From NCBI GenBank assembly GCA_000708835.1, contig DF237264.1, positions 40,841 through 104,840 on the forward strand: 64,000 nt of DNA. Direction: 5' to 3'. How positions within the stretch are numbered: position 1 is the first letter of the stretch; each line of letters opens with the position of its first letter. Source of the DNA: Klebsormidium nitens. Lineage: Eukaryota; Plantae; Klebsormidiophyceae. The position numbers and the translations under genes were made by a program. The notes beneath the pieces were generated by a model that worked only from the letters and a program-made list of their open reading frames with translations, was not told where the DNA came from and ran no database searches. Below, piece after piece: positions 13,201 through 24,891 of the stretch.

Positions 13201-16200
13201 AATGTGAGCCAGTGCTTATGGCTTTTGTGCCTGCCAAGGCCGCTATAAGCGGAGTGGGGACGGTATTAAAACGACTTCAACAACGCTTTCGGCGGGCTCT
13301 CGGGCGGAGAACTTTGCAGTGAATCATTACCTATGTCAGCAGGAAACACCGGAATCCGAGATCTTAAAGCATTTAGTCGGGGACGGGTCAAAATTACCGC
13401 AGAAAGCCGATGACACGTAAGAACGATCAGTAAGTAAGAAAAGTTCTGTGTTAAAAGTTGACAAAGCTCTCCGCATCAACCATGACGAAACCCAGGAAGC
13501 TCTTTCCAAGCCTGAAGTTGCAAGCCTCTGGCGAGCCCTGCAACCACCAAAATCTTCTAAGTCAGAAAGTATCCGGCACTCACTTACCGAAGTTTTATCG
13601 TGTTGTTGAGGTTACAAAATGTAAAGTTTGACTCACTCGATCAGCGTCCCGTTTTGGATGATCATCGAAGTCGCGTCGAACCCCAGAACTCGCTTGTCGA
13701 ACGACAGCACGACGGTCACGACGCGGTCGGGGGAAACCCCCGGGTCCGGCGAGAGTGACACGACGCCATTCGGATCCTTATTCACCAGTTGCAGGAGGGC
13801 GCTGGGGGGAACAGTGTCTGCACGGAATTAACGGAGCAACGTATGGGTGTGATTCCTTGTTGCATTCGTAAATGAGCCGTCACTACAGCCGTTGGGCAAA
13901 AGCGCCGCGAGCAATGCTGGGGTGTTCGAGGAAAGCCGCGTTCAAAATCCAACTAGTTAAATCTTCAGATTGCAGCGGGTTGTGGAGTGGTTCCAGTCAG
14001 AGCGTAGGTACAACCGGATGAATAAGATTCTTCAATTTAGCAATAGTAAGCTTCAGCAATAGTAAGGTAACTGGCAGCCTGGGACGGGTAGGGTTAGTTT
14101 GGGGGTTAGGGTGGGTTCGGGTGCGGAGCGGGTGATTATGTGGTTTAGGTTTTTAGTGTTAGTGCAGAAGCTTAATATTGCTAGCTCTTACTATTCCTAA
14201 ATTCAAGAGACATCGGATGAATGCGAAGGAGAGCAGTACAGTACTGACCGTAGTATATGACGTAGGCAGCCTCCGACGTCACTTGGATGGGGTTCCCCGC
14301 CTGGTCGAAAATGTTCCCGGGATTAACCGCAACTCTCAGCAGCTGTGGGCCGGAGCCAGCCGGGACTACCTGGAGCAATCAGGGCATTTTTCTGATCAGA
14401 AGAGTACATCCATTTCGTGAACGTTTACTCACGTGGGCGCTTTTTGAATATAGAAAAGCTACCAACAAAAGATAGAAGAGCCACCGCCCCCTTCTCTCTA
14501 TGCCTTCGCTTAGAGCTTTTGTTGTATAGAATTCTCAAACACTGATAGTTTGACAAAAAAAGGTATTTTGCTGTAGGTTGTAAAGATCCATCCAAATCTT
14601 ATGTTTCAGGTTTGGAACACCCATGGAACAAATCGGCCTGGGTCCTTTCAGAATCAGCGCCTCAAAGACTGGGCTCCAAATGATGGTAGTCCTCTCGAGG
14701 TGTTCGAAGATGACGCAACTCCTGTTTAAATTTTTTTAGTTGACAGCAAGTTTATCTTGATTTACTGTGTGTCTTGTTGCAATCGGAAGAGGGGCTTCCA
14801 GATGAAGACGAAGAGCATCGAATTGTGGAAAGCTACAAAGCATTCTTATACGCCGCTCGAGCGCTCGCCTGAAAGCTGTAGGCGACCGTTCCGGACGAGT
14901 TCCCCCCCAGCGCGGTCGCCTGCAAAAGCGCCCTTCTCCGCGCCCTTCCAGTTGGATCTTCTTTCTTTACGTTCACAATCTGGGCTCCCTCCAGGTTGAA
15001 GGAGTCGGGGCTCAGATCGCCGATCGGTTCGCTGGCAACCGCGTAACCCGGGAAAGGCTGGATCGTCGCCCAGGTTATGAAGACGGTTTGCTGGCCCGTG
15101 GAGGCGTCGATGAAGACCTGGGGGGACTCGGTGCTGTCTGCTTCGAGGGCGATCGAAATGGTCGGGGAGACCGTATCTGCAAACAAGTCAAGTTAACGAG
15201 AATCATCTTCTTTGTCTTCAATCCAGAGGTGAAATTGTTACACGGAGGGTAGGGCGATCAAATCGGTAGGTGCGCCCATTTAAGCGGACAAGACGTTGCG
15301 ACTCATAGTCGTTTCACAAGAGACGACATGATTAGGGCTCAATAGAGGGAGCGGCTCTCCTTGTCGAAAGTCTTCGTCACATGTTTGGGGAAGTTCGCAG
15401 ACGACACTGACAAAGCGAGAAGAGAACATCTGGCCGAGGGTGTCTGCAGAAGCGGGTGCCGCTCAGGTGGCCCAAACCGCAAAAGTGTTTCAGTTTTGAC
15501 TTGGGAACACAACGTGGAAGACGCTAAGGTGACGTCAGTTGAAGCTGAGATGGCGTTGGCACGAAAGGCGCAGTGGCCTAGAGGAGTATAAACAAGTCTC
15601 CAGCTTCCGTTAGCACGTGCAGACGCTGCCCGTCTGCTGCTGAACGAAACTCAACGTTCAGAAAATTACAGATTACCCGCAGTCATCTCTGGAGCGACAC
15701 ATCCCCATATTTGCCGGTCAAGCTGCTCAAGAGCACACTCACCTCCGTAACTCAAGCCATGATAAATCGAAGTGATTTGCGTGATTTGAACAGATTGTTT
15801 GTTTCATACATAAAAGAGTCGCGAAACGCCCTGTACTCACCAACGGTGAAGAAGGTGCTGAGTAATGCGACAGGGGCAGGCGCTTCCGGGGCGGGGTAAA
15901 AGGCGACCGTCACCCTGTGGTAGCCGTCTGACAGGTCGCCCGGCTGGGAAACCGCCTGGGTGCCTCCGCACGCCTCGGGGGTTCCGTCGTCGATCTTGGA
16001 AAAAGATGCAATCAACGAGAATTTGAGACGGGTCAAGGCCACACAAAAAGTGAGAACGATGCACGCGCAATCAGTCTCGTTCTCGATCAGCGCGTCGCGG
16101 TAACGGATTGAGCTTGCGCTTTTATATTTGAGCGAAGGCTAGATCACCCCCTGCGCTGTACGATGTCTCGATTCCGTGTCAGGACATTTGTTGCACAAGC

Positions 16201-16468
16201 ACAAATTGCATCCTCCGTTTCTGCAATTGTACGCGCAAACCGCACCCTCCGGTGCTCCAAAACGTACGCCATTTTCTGTCACCATTCCATCGTTCAGAGA
16301 GTGGAATCTCCTTTGCCCGCTACGTTCGCACTAAAAGGTTACCACGTGCCATCGCCTCACCTGGCACAGAGCCGTGCACGTGGGCCCGCAGAGGTCTGCC
16401 GTAGCTCCGGTGAGCTGATAGGGTATGGTCACCTTGGCATCGTTCGTAAAGTCCTTCGCTTTAGGCAC
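7297..16468 (-). CDS. Ig-like plus polytopic membrane module, similar to the uncharacterised land-plant 'bacterial Ig-like domain' membrane proteins
   Basis: C..C|IDDG..C...LSDGYH, two DTV-P domain starts, DQAGNP and GNTASNQLQV. About 8-9 hydrophobic segments with FLRAVFW, LVFPALELTF, FRAKYGYFYADY and LLK|PFIRAPLQLAEIFS. The family similarity is from recall. Confidence 0.8.
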
Positions 16469-19400
16469 CTGCAAAGGTCGAAGAGTAAACACGAAAGCGG
16501 AACTTCATGCTTCGCGACTTTGCATCCTTGCAAGCATTCAAACGGTCGTGAGAAGAGCACTTCCGTTTCAAAGGATCGCAGAGGAGATTTGAGTGAGCTG
16601 GATAGAAGGGCTTTTTATTGTGAATCGAATGAAAGCTCGTCCACATCTTCTTCTCAGATTCTCGCTCTTAAAGCGCTGAACGACGGCAGAGACCTGTAGG
16701 ATCGTTTTTCCGTTGCACAGATTCGCGGTCTGACGAGACTGTGCAAGAATTAGTGACTGAGCCTCGAGCCCGTCTCTACACTACGGAGCCCACATCAAGT
16801 TCTCACCTGAAGAACGCCACCAAAGTTCTGGGGCGTCGGACTGTTAAACTCGGCCGCAAACTCGGCAGAACCGGGTATGGACTCCAGGTATTTCACCGTC
16901 CTCAAAAGCTGGGAGGATTCGGCCGGTTGGAACTCTCCGGGCAGACCCGGAACGCTTATCGTGTTCGTGGTGCTCGGGCTGACGACGTTCGAAGCGGGGA
17001 CCTCGGTCGGAACGACGACCGGGGGCTGCGTGACGACGTCAGCCGGGGTGGGCACGGGCGTCAAGGGTGACGTCAGCAAGGCGACGGTGGGCTTGGGAGT
17101 AGAAACCGGGGCGGGGGTAACTAGAGTGGGGGACGGCGTCTTGGGCGAGACCGTCACGGTGGGAATCGGCGAGAGCGAGGGAACCGGAGAGATCGAAGTG
17201 ACTGGAGTGCTGGTAGGGCTCGTAGACAGAGTAGTAACCGGGGTTTCGGTAACCAGGACCGACTGAGAGCTCATCGGGGTTTGGGTGGTTTCAGGAACCT
17301 CGGTCGTGACCGGGGTTTGCGTCGTAAGTGGAGGCTGACTAGTTTCTGGGGTTTCTGTTGTTGATGGGGTCTGCGTTGTGACCGGAGATTGGGTTGTCTC
17401 CGGGGACTCCGTAACGAGCGGGGTTTGGGTTGTAACCGGCAACTGGGTTGGGGCTGCGGTTACGACTGGGTTCTCAGTTCCCAGCGGGGTTTGGGTGTTA
17501 ACCGGAGGATCGGTCGTGGTTAGGGTCTGGGTTGTGACCGGGGTCTGCGTGAAGACTGGGGATTGGGTTGTAACCAACGTCTGGGTTGCTTCCGGAGGTT
17601 GCGTAACAACCACTGGCAGGGTTTGCGTTGTAACCGGCACCGGGGTTGAGATTGGGGTTGCGGTTTCAACCGGGGACTGGGATCCAAGCGGGGTTTGACT
17701 GATAACGGGGGTTTGGGTTGTGACCGGCGCTTGGGTTGAGATCGGGGCTTGAGACCCAGTCGGGGTTTGGGTTAAAGCCGGGGTTTGGGTTGTTTCTGGG
17801 GCTTGCGTAACCGTCATTTGAGATGATACCGGCCCTTGGGTTAAGATCGGGGCTGGGGTTAAGACTGGGGGCTGAGACCCAGTCGGGGTTTGGGTTAAAT
17901 CCGGAGTTTGAGTTGTTTCTGGGGCTTGAGTAACCGTCGATTGGGATGAGACCGGAAGTGGGGTTTCTATCGGGGCCGAGGTTGCGAATGGGGGCTGAGA
18001 TCCGACCGCGGTTTGGGTGTTAACCGGGGGCTGGGTTATGGTCAGCGTTTGGTCGAAAACTGGGCCCTGCGTCGTGCCTACTCCCGTCGGGACTGGAACT
18101 GCAGCTGTTTGCCCCGGTTCAGGGGTCCCAACCGGTGCTGACGTCACTTGGGTAGTCATGCCCGGAGCGGTCCCCACCGGTGCTGACGTCACCTGGGCAG
18201 GAGCACCGGTGCTTTCAATCGGCGAGCTGGGAGCGGGCGTCGCATCGACCGTAACAAGAGTCCCGTCAGAAGGGGGGCCCCCCATCAGCTGGACAACATC
18301 TGTTGGCCGGTTAGTACTTATAACGACCGGAATGTCCGGGTTTTGCGGGGGGGTGGTTGGAAGACCGGTGACAGCGCCCGCAGGGAGAGAAGATGCGGTC
18401 GGCGGAAGAGTGGTTTCGGTTAGAGGAAGAGTAGTCGGGTTAGGGGTAAGCGACTCGGTTGTGACCGGGAGCGAGCCGGTTGGGACCGGGGCGGTGTTTG
18501 CTGAACCTGGGGCAGTTGTACCGGGCTCGACGTCAGAAGAGACCGAGGGAACGGTTGGGGGGTTGGGGGACGTGGTTTCAACCGGGGGCTGCGTGGTGAC
18601 GTCAGCCAGGGTGGGAACCGGGAGTTGCGTGGCCACGTTTGACGTCAGCAGGAAGGCGGTGGGCTTGGGCATGGGCGCCGGCGCCGGCGCCGGGGCTGTA
18701 TCTAGAGTGGGCGAGGAAATGGGGAAACAGCGTCTTAGGCGAGGCCTTCATGGATGAACTGGGTGGAAGCGAGGCGATTGGGGAGACAGAATTGCTGACC
18801 GGGGCACGTGTGGGGCTTTGATCGGAAGATACTGGATTCACCATCTTTGCTTTCGTCAGGCAATAATACTGCGTCTTGGTGATTTTAATGTATGCTTCTT
18901 TGCGTCGTGGATGCTCCCTGTCTGGGATACCACTGATTAGAACAAGCAGGCCGCACTCGTTTGGGGACGAGTCCGAAGAAGAGAACAGGAGCACGAGCTT
19001 TCGAGAAGGATTCAGATCACCGGTGAAACAGCTAGAAGTGCGGGGCTGAGACACGCTCTTGATCAAGATTATTTACAGTGAGCGGAGTGTTAAACCAACT
19101 GCCTAGGAAACCCTTTCTTCAGTTTGAGCATACGGTTAATCAATCATTTTCGGCGACCACAAGGCGCGGGCTGCCTCACCGTTGGCCTGGAGCAGCTTTC
19201 TCGCAGTCGCCAGACTGACGGAAGTGAATTCGTCCTCGGAGGCGCGTTTCAGGGTATAATCCACGGCAGCCTGGAGTTGCGCAAATGTTTCCTCGAAAGC
19301 GGAGAACGGATCGGGAGCAACGATAACGTCAGCACCAGTGAGGTCAAGGCAGGAGACGGGCTCGCCGTTGATCGTGGCGGGGGGGAGCGGGACTGCGGTG

Positions 19401-21779
19401 AACCTGGGGGAGGGAAAGTGGAGTCCTGTTATGAGATCAAGAAGGTACGAGGCTGCTTCGTGAAAACCAAGGCTCGCAGGAAGGTATCGAAGTGTGATCG
19501 TTTGAATGGTTCTCGTCTGCAAGTTGGCATTTGGAAATGATTGACGCAACAAGTGGAAAAGCTCGGGCGAATCTTGCAGCCGACAGGATGCAAAGTATAT
19601 GTACGAAGCATGCCATCGCAACGAACGAATGCTTCACCTCTTTGGAAAGGTGAAACCAGTAAATCCGAAGAACACCTTCTGAAACGCTCTGTAGATTTGA
19701 GGCCCAAGGGGAAAAAAGGGAAGAGAAAATAGCATTTGAGAAATAGGTCAAAATTGAGTGCGTCAATCATCCTGGAATAGTTTTTGTCTTTCGATCCATC
19801 TCACGCTACAGCTCAAAGTTAGACATAGAACCGGGCCCGAAGATTGTCCAGGAAGCTGACCCACGGACACGTGGCTCACCCCTTGCCAGCTGGCACCGAT
19901 TTCATTGTCTGCCACGTGACGGCCGCCCCGTGCTTGAGCGAGTTGTGGTGCAGAAACAGCGGCGCCCCGTCGGGGTCGTGCTGCACCATGGTGTGCCCGC
20001 AGAATCCGCCGGAATCCGTTTCCGCGCCCGCGGCGGCCACCGGCGTCCCGACCATGGCGAACGGCGTTCCGGTCGCTCGGAACGCCAGGCGGAACGCCTC
20101 CTTGTCGCCGTTGACCAGCTTCTGGAACGGGGGATCCTTCGCGAGGAAAAACGCCAGGTTGAGAGCCCCCCAGGCGCGGCGTTTATCTACGAGGATCTGC
20201 CCCGATTCCTGCTCTTGCCCCCCGGGGGACACCCCCAGGATCGACCAGATCGGGTTTGCGGTGGCGGTCTGCCAGAAGTCCGGCCAGAAGAGTGCGCCGG
20301 AGGTCTGGTACTGGGCGGAACGGAAGAGGGCAGCGGGGTTGGCCACGGGAATGTTGTCGGCGTCTAGGAAGAGGACCTCCTCGAACGCCGAATGCAGGAT
20401 TGCAAGAGGTTTCACCTGCAAAAGAAAGGGGAGAGTCTCAATAGGAAAGTTCTTTAGGTTTTTTGTTTTTTTAAAGAACTAACTTGCATGTGTTTAGGTA
20501 CTTTTCAAATATCTTGTATGTAAGGGTGTATCAAAAGAGAAAGATGCAGCTGTCAACTTTGGCTGGAGACTTTGGTTACGATGCACAAGCGGGCCGCAAT
20601 TGAAGCTCAAGAAAAAATGTGGTCAGGGTTTTAGATCAGAGTGTAAAAATGGTAGTTTAAGAAGGTCGAAAGAGCAAGATTGCAAAGGGCAAAAGGCTAT
20701 CCCACCTGGAATGCGCGCTCCCCTTGGCTTGTGACCATGCTCCGAAGATCGTCGTCAGAGGCATAGTTGGCCACGTTTTTGACTACAAGCTTGACGTACG
20801 TGGCCAACAGGGAGCTCACGATGTCAGAAGTGACCTCACCAGGGTACCATAACTGCAGGAAGGTGCAAGCAGAGCAGGATTGTGGACTCCAACGCAAGGG
20901 GCCGATACAACGATCTCTGAGGGAAGGGGGAGGATAAATGAGGTTCTAGAGTGGGGAGAATATGTCAGATCCCCCAAGGCAAGGGGTTGATTCAAGTGAT
21001 CCGTGAAAGACGGCTGAGGACACACATCACATAGAAAGGGAGGAAGGATGATGGATCTCGAAGTCTGTGGGGGCACAAGAGATCTGTGAGATCGAGGAAA
21101 AGGGAAACACCAGAGGCCTTCCAGTAGAGAGAACGGACTGGTATTTCCCAAAGGGAGCCCAGAAGAGTACAGCTTCCAAAGACGCCCAGAGGGGGGAGAG
21201 GATGGAAGGTAGTTTTAAAAAGAAAGGTTTCCAAGACGAAGCTGGCTCGGGGGCGTGTAAAAGAGGAACAGCTGCAAAGACGGCCGCACTTTTCATCCTT
21301 GAAACATGTGTGCGTAGAATCATGCATTGGGTTATAATAACAAGCTAGTCTTCAGGTGCTCCCAAGTCGAGAGGCGCAGGGATCGGAGGTTCATAAATAT
21401 GCAAGAAAGGGAACATATATATTCGAGAATGAAAGCAAAAACGCACCTCCACAGGCAGCGTAAACCCTTGTGACTGGAGCGTCGTCAGCAGCACCGGCAC
21501 GTTTACCAGATCCAGCTTGGTCGCCGTAATCACCAGTCCCCGCCCTGCAAACCGTTCCGAGGGGTACTCTGGAGTCTGGGCGACGGCGGCCTTCCAGGCT
21601 GCTGTGAGGGCTGCCGACTCGCTGGAAAGTGCAGCCCAGTGGGGGGAGGAAAGAGCGTGGAAGTTGCAGTCGATATACTGTTCGCTGGGAATGCAGAGAG
21701 CGGTGCTGTGGCGGGGTGCAAAGGCAATGCACAGAAGCGCCAGGGAAAAGGAGGCAAATCGCGCCAGAGATGCAGCCAT
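7297..21779 (-). CDS. ~2,034-aa chimeric protein: signal peptide - GT71 mannosyltransferase - Thr/Pro mucin-like stalk - ~3 Ig-like domains - multi-pass TM domain. Exons 21779-21447, 20852-20706, 20415-19880, 19403-19180, 18701-16807, 16468-16361, 15994-15841, 15176-14869, 14369-14249, 13817-13637, 13128-12971, 12348-12239, 11214-10679, 10422-10220, 9932-9832, 9275-8601, 7964-7851, 7497-7297
   Basis: All 17 hand-placed junctions are phase-compatible and the exons sum to 6,105 nt. One donor is GC-AG (14869). Each module is well supported. The GT-to-stalk join (donor 19180, TAG acceptor 18704-18702) is predicted only, and a small extra exon in 11215-12238 cannot be excluded. Confidence 0.65.
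16807..18701 (-). CDS. Single ~630-codon Thr/Pro/Val/Gln-rich mucin-like exon
   Basis: Uninterrupted ORF 16795..18672 with many TTQTP/VTQ-P units and a 123-bp internal duplication (~17761 vs ~17884). It ends in CAG|GTGAGA at 16807, in phase with the next exon (VPKAKDFTN). Confidence 0.85.
19180..21779 (-). CDS. Alpha-mannosyltransferase module (GT71 / Mannosyl_trans3, MNN1/MNN2-like), exons 1-4 of the gene above
   Basis: Signal peptide MAASLARFASFSLALLCIAFA. Family motifs GRGLVITA, LPVE|LWY, F-Q|VKPLAILHSAFEEVLFLDADNIP (DxD), GALFWPDFW, EQESGQILVDK, GDKEAF and GHTMVQHDPDGAPLFLHHN. Confidence 0.9.
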
Positions 21780-23703
21780 CACCTGCGAAAGTAGTGGAAG
21801 CTTTCTGGGGCCTTGGGGTGATAAATTTTCTTGATCACGGTTTGTGAGGCGAAGTAGACCGTCGCTTGCAGGCCGGGAGGCTAACTCGAACAGATTGCTT
21901 CTCAGCCATTCAAGCATGAACACGCTTTTGATCGATTTGAACTTCCATTGAAGAATCTCTCAAAGTTCATTGTTTTTTCTTGCAAGAGACGCCAGAGTCT
22001 GCATTTGGACGATCAGTTCAAAACCAAAGAGGACCTTTTTCAGCTCGGCGGTCCAAGACTTGGCAGCCCACCAGATCACAAAGTCGAAACTGGTCGAAGT
22101 TATTTTCTGCCCACCCGAGAGCCTGCTTCGAGTCGACTTATGTATGAGCTATCTCTTGCTAAGATAGCCAAATTCTTCCGTCCCTTGATCTCGCCTCACA
22201 AAGGGACAATCTGTGTTGACCGAACACATTTGTGAGGGTAGTTCAAACACGATGGAACATGGGTTTTCATAAATGCCCGTGATGCAGCCACATGACACGA
22301 GAAAATTACAAACAGTCACTTCCAGGTTTGTGGGCCAGAACTGCGCCTTGATTCAAGGGATCCCAGTTACGTGATTAGACCGTGCCCACCTTGTCAAGCA
22401 ATGCTTTGACTATCATCTACTCAATGAGAGCGACTGGAGTCCGCTTAGGCGGACCTGCTTTTGTGAAAGCAGCATGATTGGTCCTCTTCTTGACTCCGAG
22501 AACTCTATATCTCGATTTGCGTTCTCTGAGACTCCTCTTCTTGACTTTTGGAAGATAAATGCACACAAGTAGTCAAAAAGGATCTACAGGCAGGGCTTTT
22601 TTGGGCGTGTCTGGGCGTTCAAGAGCTTTTCTTGTAGCTTTCATCCCCAAGAAATCCTCTGGTCGAACAAAGTCTTCAATATTGCGGGCCCAAGAAGAAG
22701 CCCCACAGTGAGTTTGATGAAGCAACTGTGATGGTGTGAGAATCTTCACAGCCACCGAACGGTCTGTAGCCCGCCCCCATTGATATCGAGCAGACCTGTA
22801 GGATTTGTGCTTGAAGAAAGCACAAAAATGATTGCAGTATCTGTTTCTCAGATCACAAAACCAAACCCATGCTTCACCTGCATAATAACTTTGATATGTG
22901 CCAGAGAAAGTTCCTCTTGTACTTGGTCTCTTGAACATTTGTGCAAAACGTTTGGCTATCCGATCAGACTTGCGGGCTTCTGTTCTATATAGAAACAGCT
23001 GAAATAAGCAAGTATCTTCACAAAAGATGCTGAAAGGAAAGGAATGTTGTCAGGGATCCCCCCTCACAGCATCAATTAATCTTGACGTTTGAGTCGCAAG
23101 GCGAAGAGATGAAAAGTTCTTTGTTGACGATTCAACGTATTTTTTAGGATCTTGCTCCACAATGGTCTGATGGTTAATAAATGAAGTACAAGCCCATGCT
23201 GTCTTCTAAGCCCCCGCTAGGTGTCTTAGATCACAGGGGGACAAGAAAAAGAATGTGGACATCAAGCAATGAGTGTCTCCCTCATGAATCAAATCTAGGC
23301 AAACAACACCTCAGAGAAGAGTCAATCTGAGCTCAGAAGTCCCAAATTCGATTTGCTGCGATAAGAAGATGTCTGTGTGTTGTAGATAGTTTTCCCAAGG
23401 CATCAGATCGAATGCCCCACCTTTGAGCCTCTCTTCTCCTCTTCTTGTGACCCGGAGCAACGAACACACATGCGGGTTGCTCCCTTCCGATCCTGCGCGC
23501 ATTGCACCACCGCCTTTTACCACTTTCCGCTGATCATCCCCAGCCTGATCCTTCTTCATATCATGGCACTTGCCTCAAGGAGAGGCCGGACGCTGGCAGC
23601 TTGCGTCGCCCACGCCCGTGGCGATTGTAATGCTGGCGGTGCAGAGATGCAACATACTTTTCACCTGTATAATACACTGTAATACAGCTCATGTGATTCG
23701 CAC

Positions 23704-24276
23704 CAGGGGTGCGGGCGGGGCGCAGAATGGGGCGCAGAGCGCCCCCGGGAAATATCCTGCGCCCTCGGGCGAAGAGCCGGGGCGCAGAAGCGCCCCCGGG
23801 CAAATGTGGGCCTAAGCAGGGACCATGGACTACCTATATTGGGTGCTTAATCTGGTTCAATCTTGAACAGAGTCTAGAATCTGAGCGAGTTTCAATGCCA
23901 TAAGTGCTGCCTGAATATTTGACAATCTTATATAAGTGCCTACCCCTACAGAACTCGTCCGGATTATCATCCTGCCTGTCCCCACGCCATTCAAGAAAAC
24001 AATTCAAATTCGTATCTGCATTTACTGCTTCCATAAGCAGACTAGTATCAGTAGCGTATTGATCCGATAAGTCCCACATGTAGTTGCTGCTAATTAGGAG
24101 TATAAGGTGGGCCAGGGCCCAGGGCCTCCTAGGGCCGTAATAGAGCAAAAGCTAAGTGTACCGGGCGCTTCTGGGGCCCGGTACTACTTTGTGCGCCCCA
24201 GGGAAGCTGCCTGCGCCCCAGGGCAAAGGCCCGGGGCGCAGAAGCGCCTCGAGGCAAAATCCTGTCCGCACCCCTG
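23704..24276. mobile_element. hAT-superfamily non-autonomous element (573 bp)
   Basis: TIR CAGGGGTGCGG at both ends (right end reads CCGCACCCCTG). Perfect 8-bp TSD ATTCGCAC at 23696-23703 and 24277-24284. Subterminal GGGCGCA(G) repeats in both orientations. Confidence 0.9.
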
Positions 24277-24891
24277 ATTCGCACCCGTGAACTCGAAGCT
24301 GAGAGCCAAAGAATTCGTCACCTGTTGCATAGATCTGTAAACAGTCAAACAATCATTGACCCGTTTCTGACCCGGATCTCTTCGCCGCGTTCAAGTTTGA
24401 ATCACGATAGCGCGGCTGCGCGGCCGCACGGCGCATGGGTTCTGCTTACGTGGCGGCCCGGGCTGGCCCCTCCGTCGTCCTGAGAAGACATGATGTTGAT
24501 GTCATCACATGAGGCAGTAAATGTGCAGCTTTTGGGTGCATTATGCAGTTTGACACAGCCGAAATTCGGATCCACATTGTAATGTTTGTTATGATTCTAA
24601 TTTCTGAGCCTGAAATCTGAGGCCAAGGCCCAAGAACAGGACCGTCCTGTCAGGACGTCAAACGCGCGCGCGCGCATCAAATCAGGCAAATTTAATTTGC
24701 AAGCTGCATTTGCATGGAAGCCATTTTAAAATTAGGGTTCACTATGCAAAACCCTAGACTGCTGAATGCTGACGCCCCTGTCCGCCACGGCGAACAGCTC
24801 AAAATGTCAGTTTAGCCTGAAGGTGCAAGGCTTAGAACTGCTATCCACGCCGATGGACGGTTGGCTGCATTGATGCTCTAGTCCTCCGGCC

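Noticed and set aside
14085-14165. Telomere-like GGGTTAG/TTTAGG tract
   Set aside because: Degenerate intronic G/T-rich sequence with no tandem telomeric array.
18017-18757. Plus-strand V/G/T-rich ORFs (also 16877-17266 and 17378-17698)
   Set aside because: Antisense shadows of the Thr/Pro exon.
18602-19066. ORF as an independent gene start for the mucin protein
   Set aside because: It has no signal peptide, is out of frame with the stalk and stops at 18602. Splicing from 19180 explains the region better.
22573-22938. 121-aa ORF with some splice-like signals
   Set aside because: No recognisable motif, and no consistent multi-exon model could be built.
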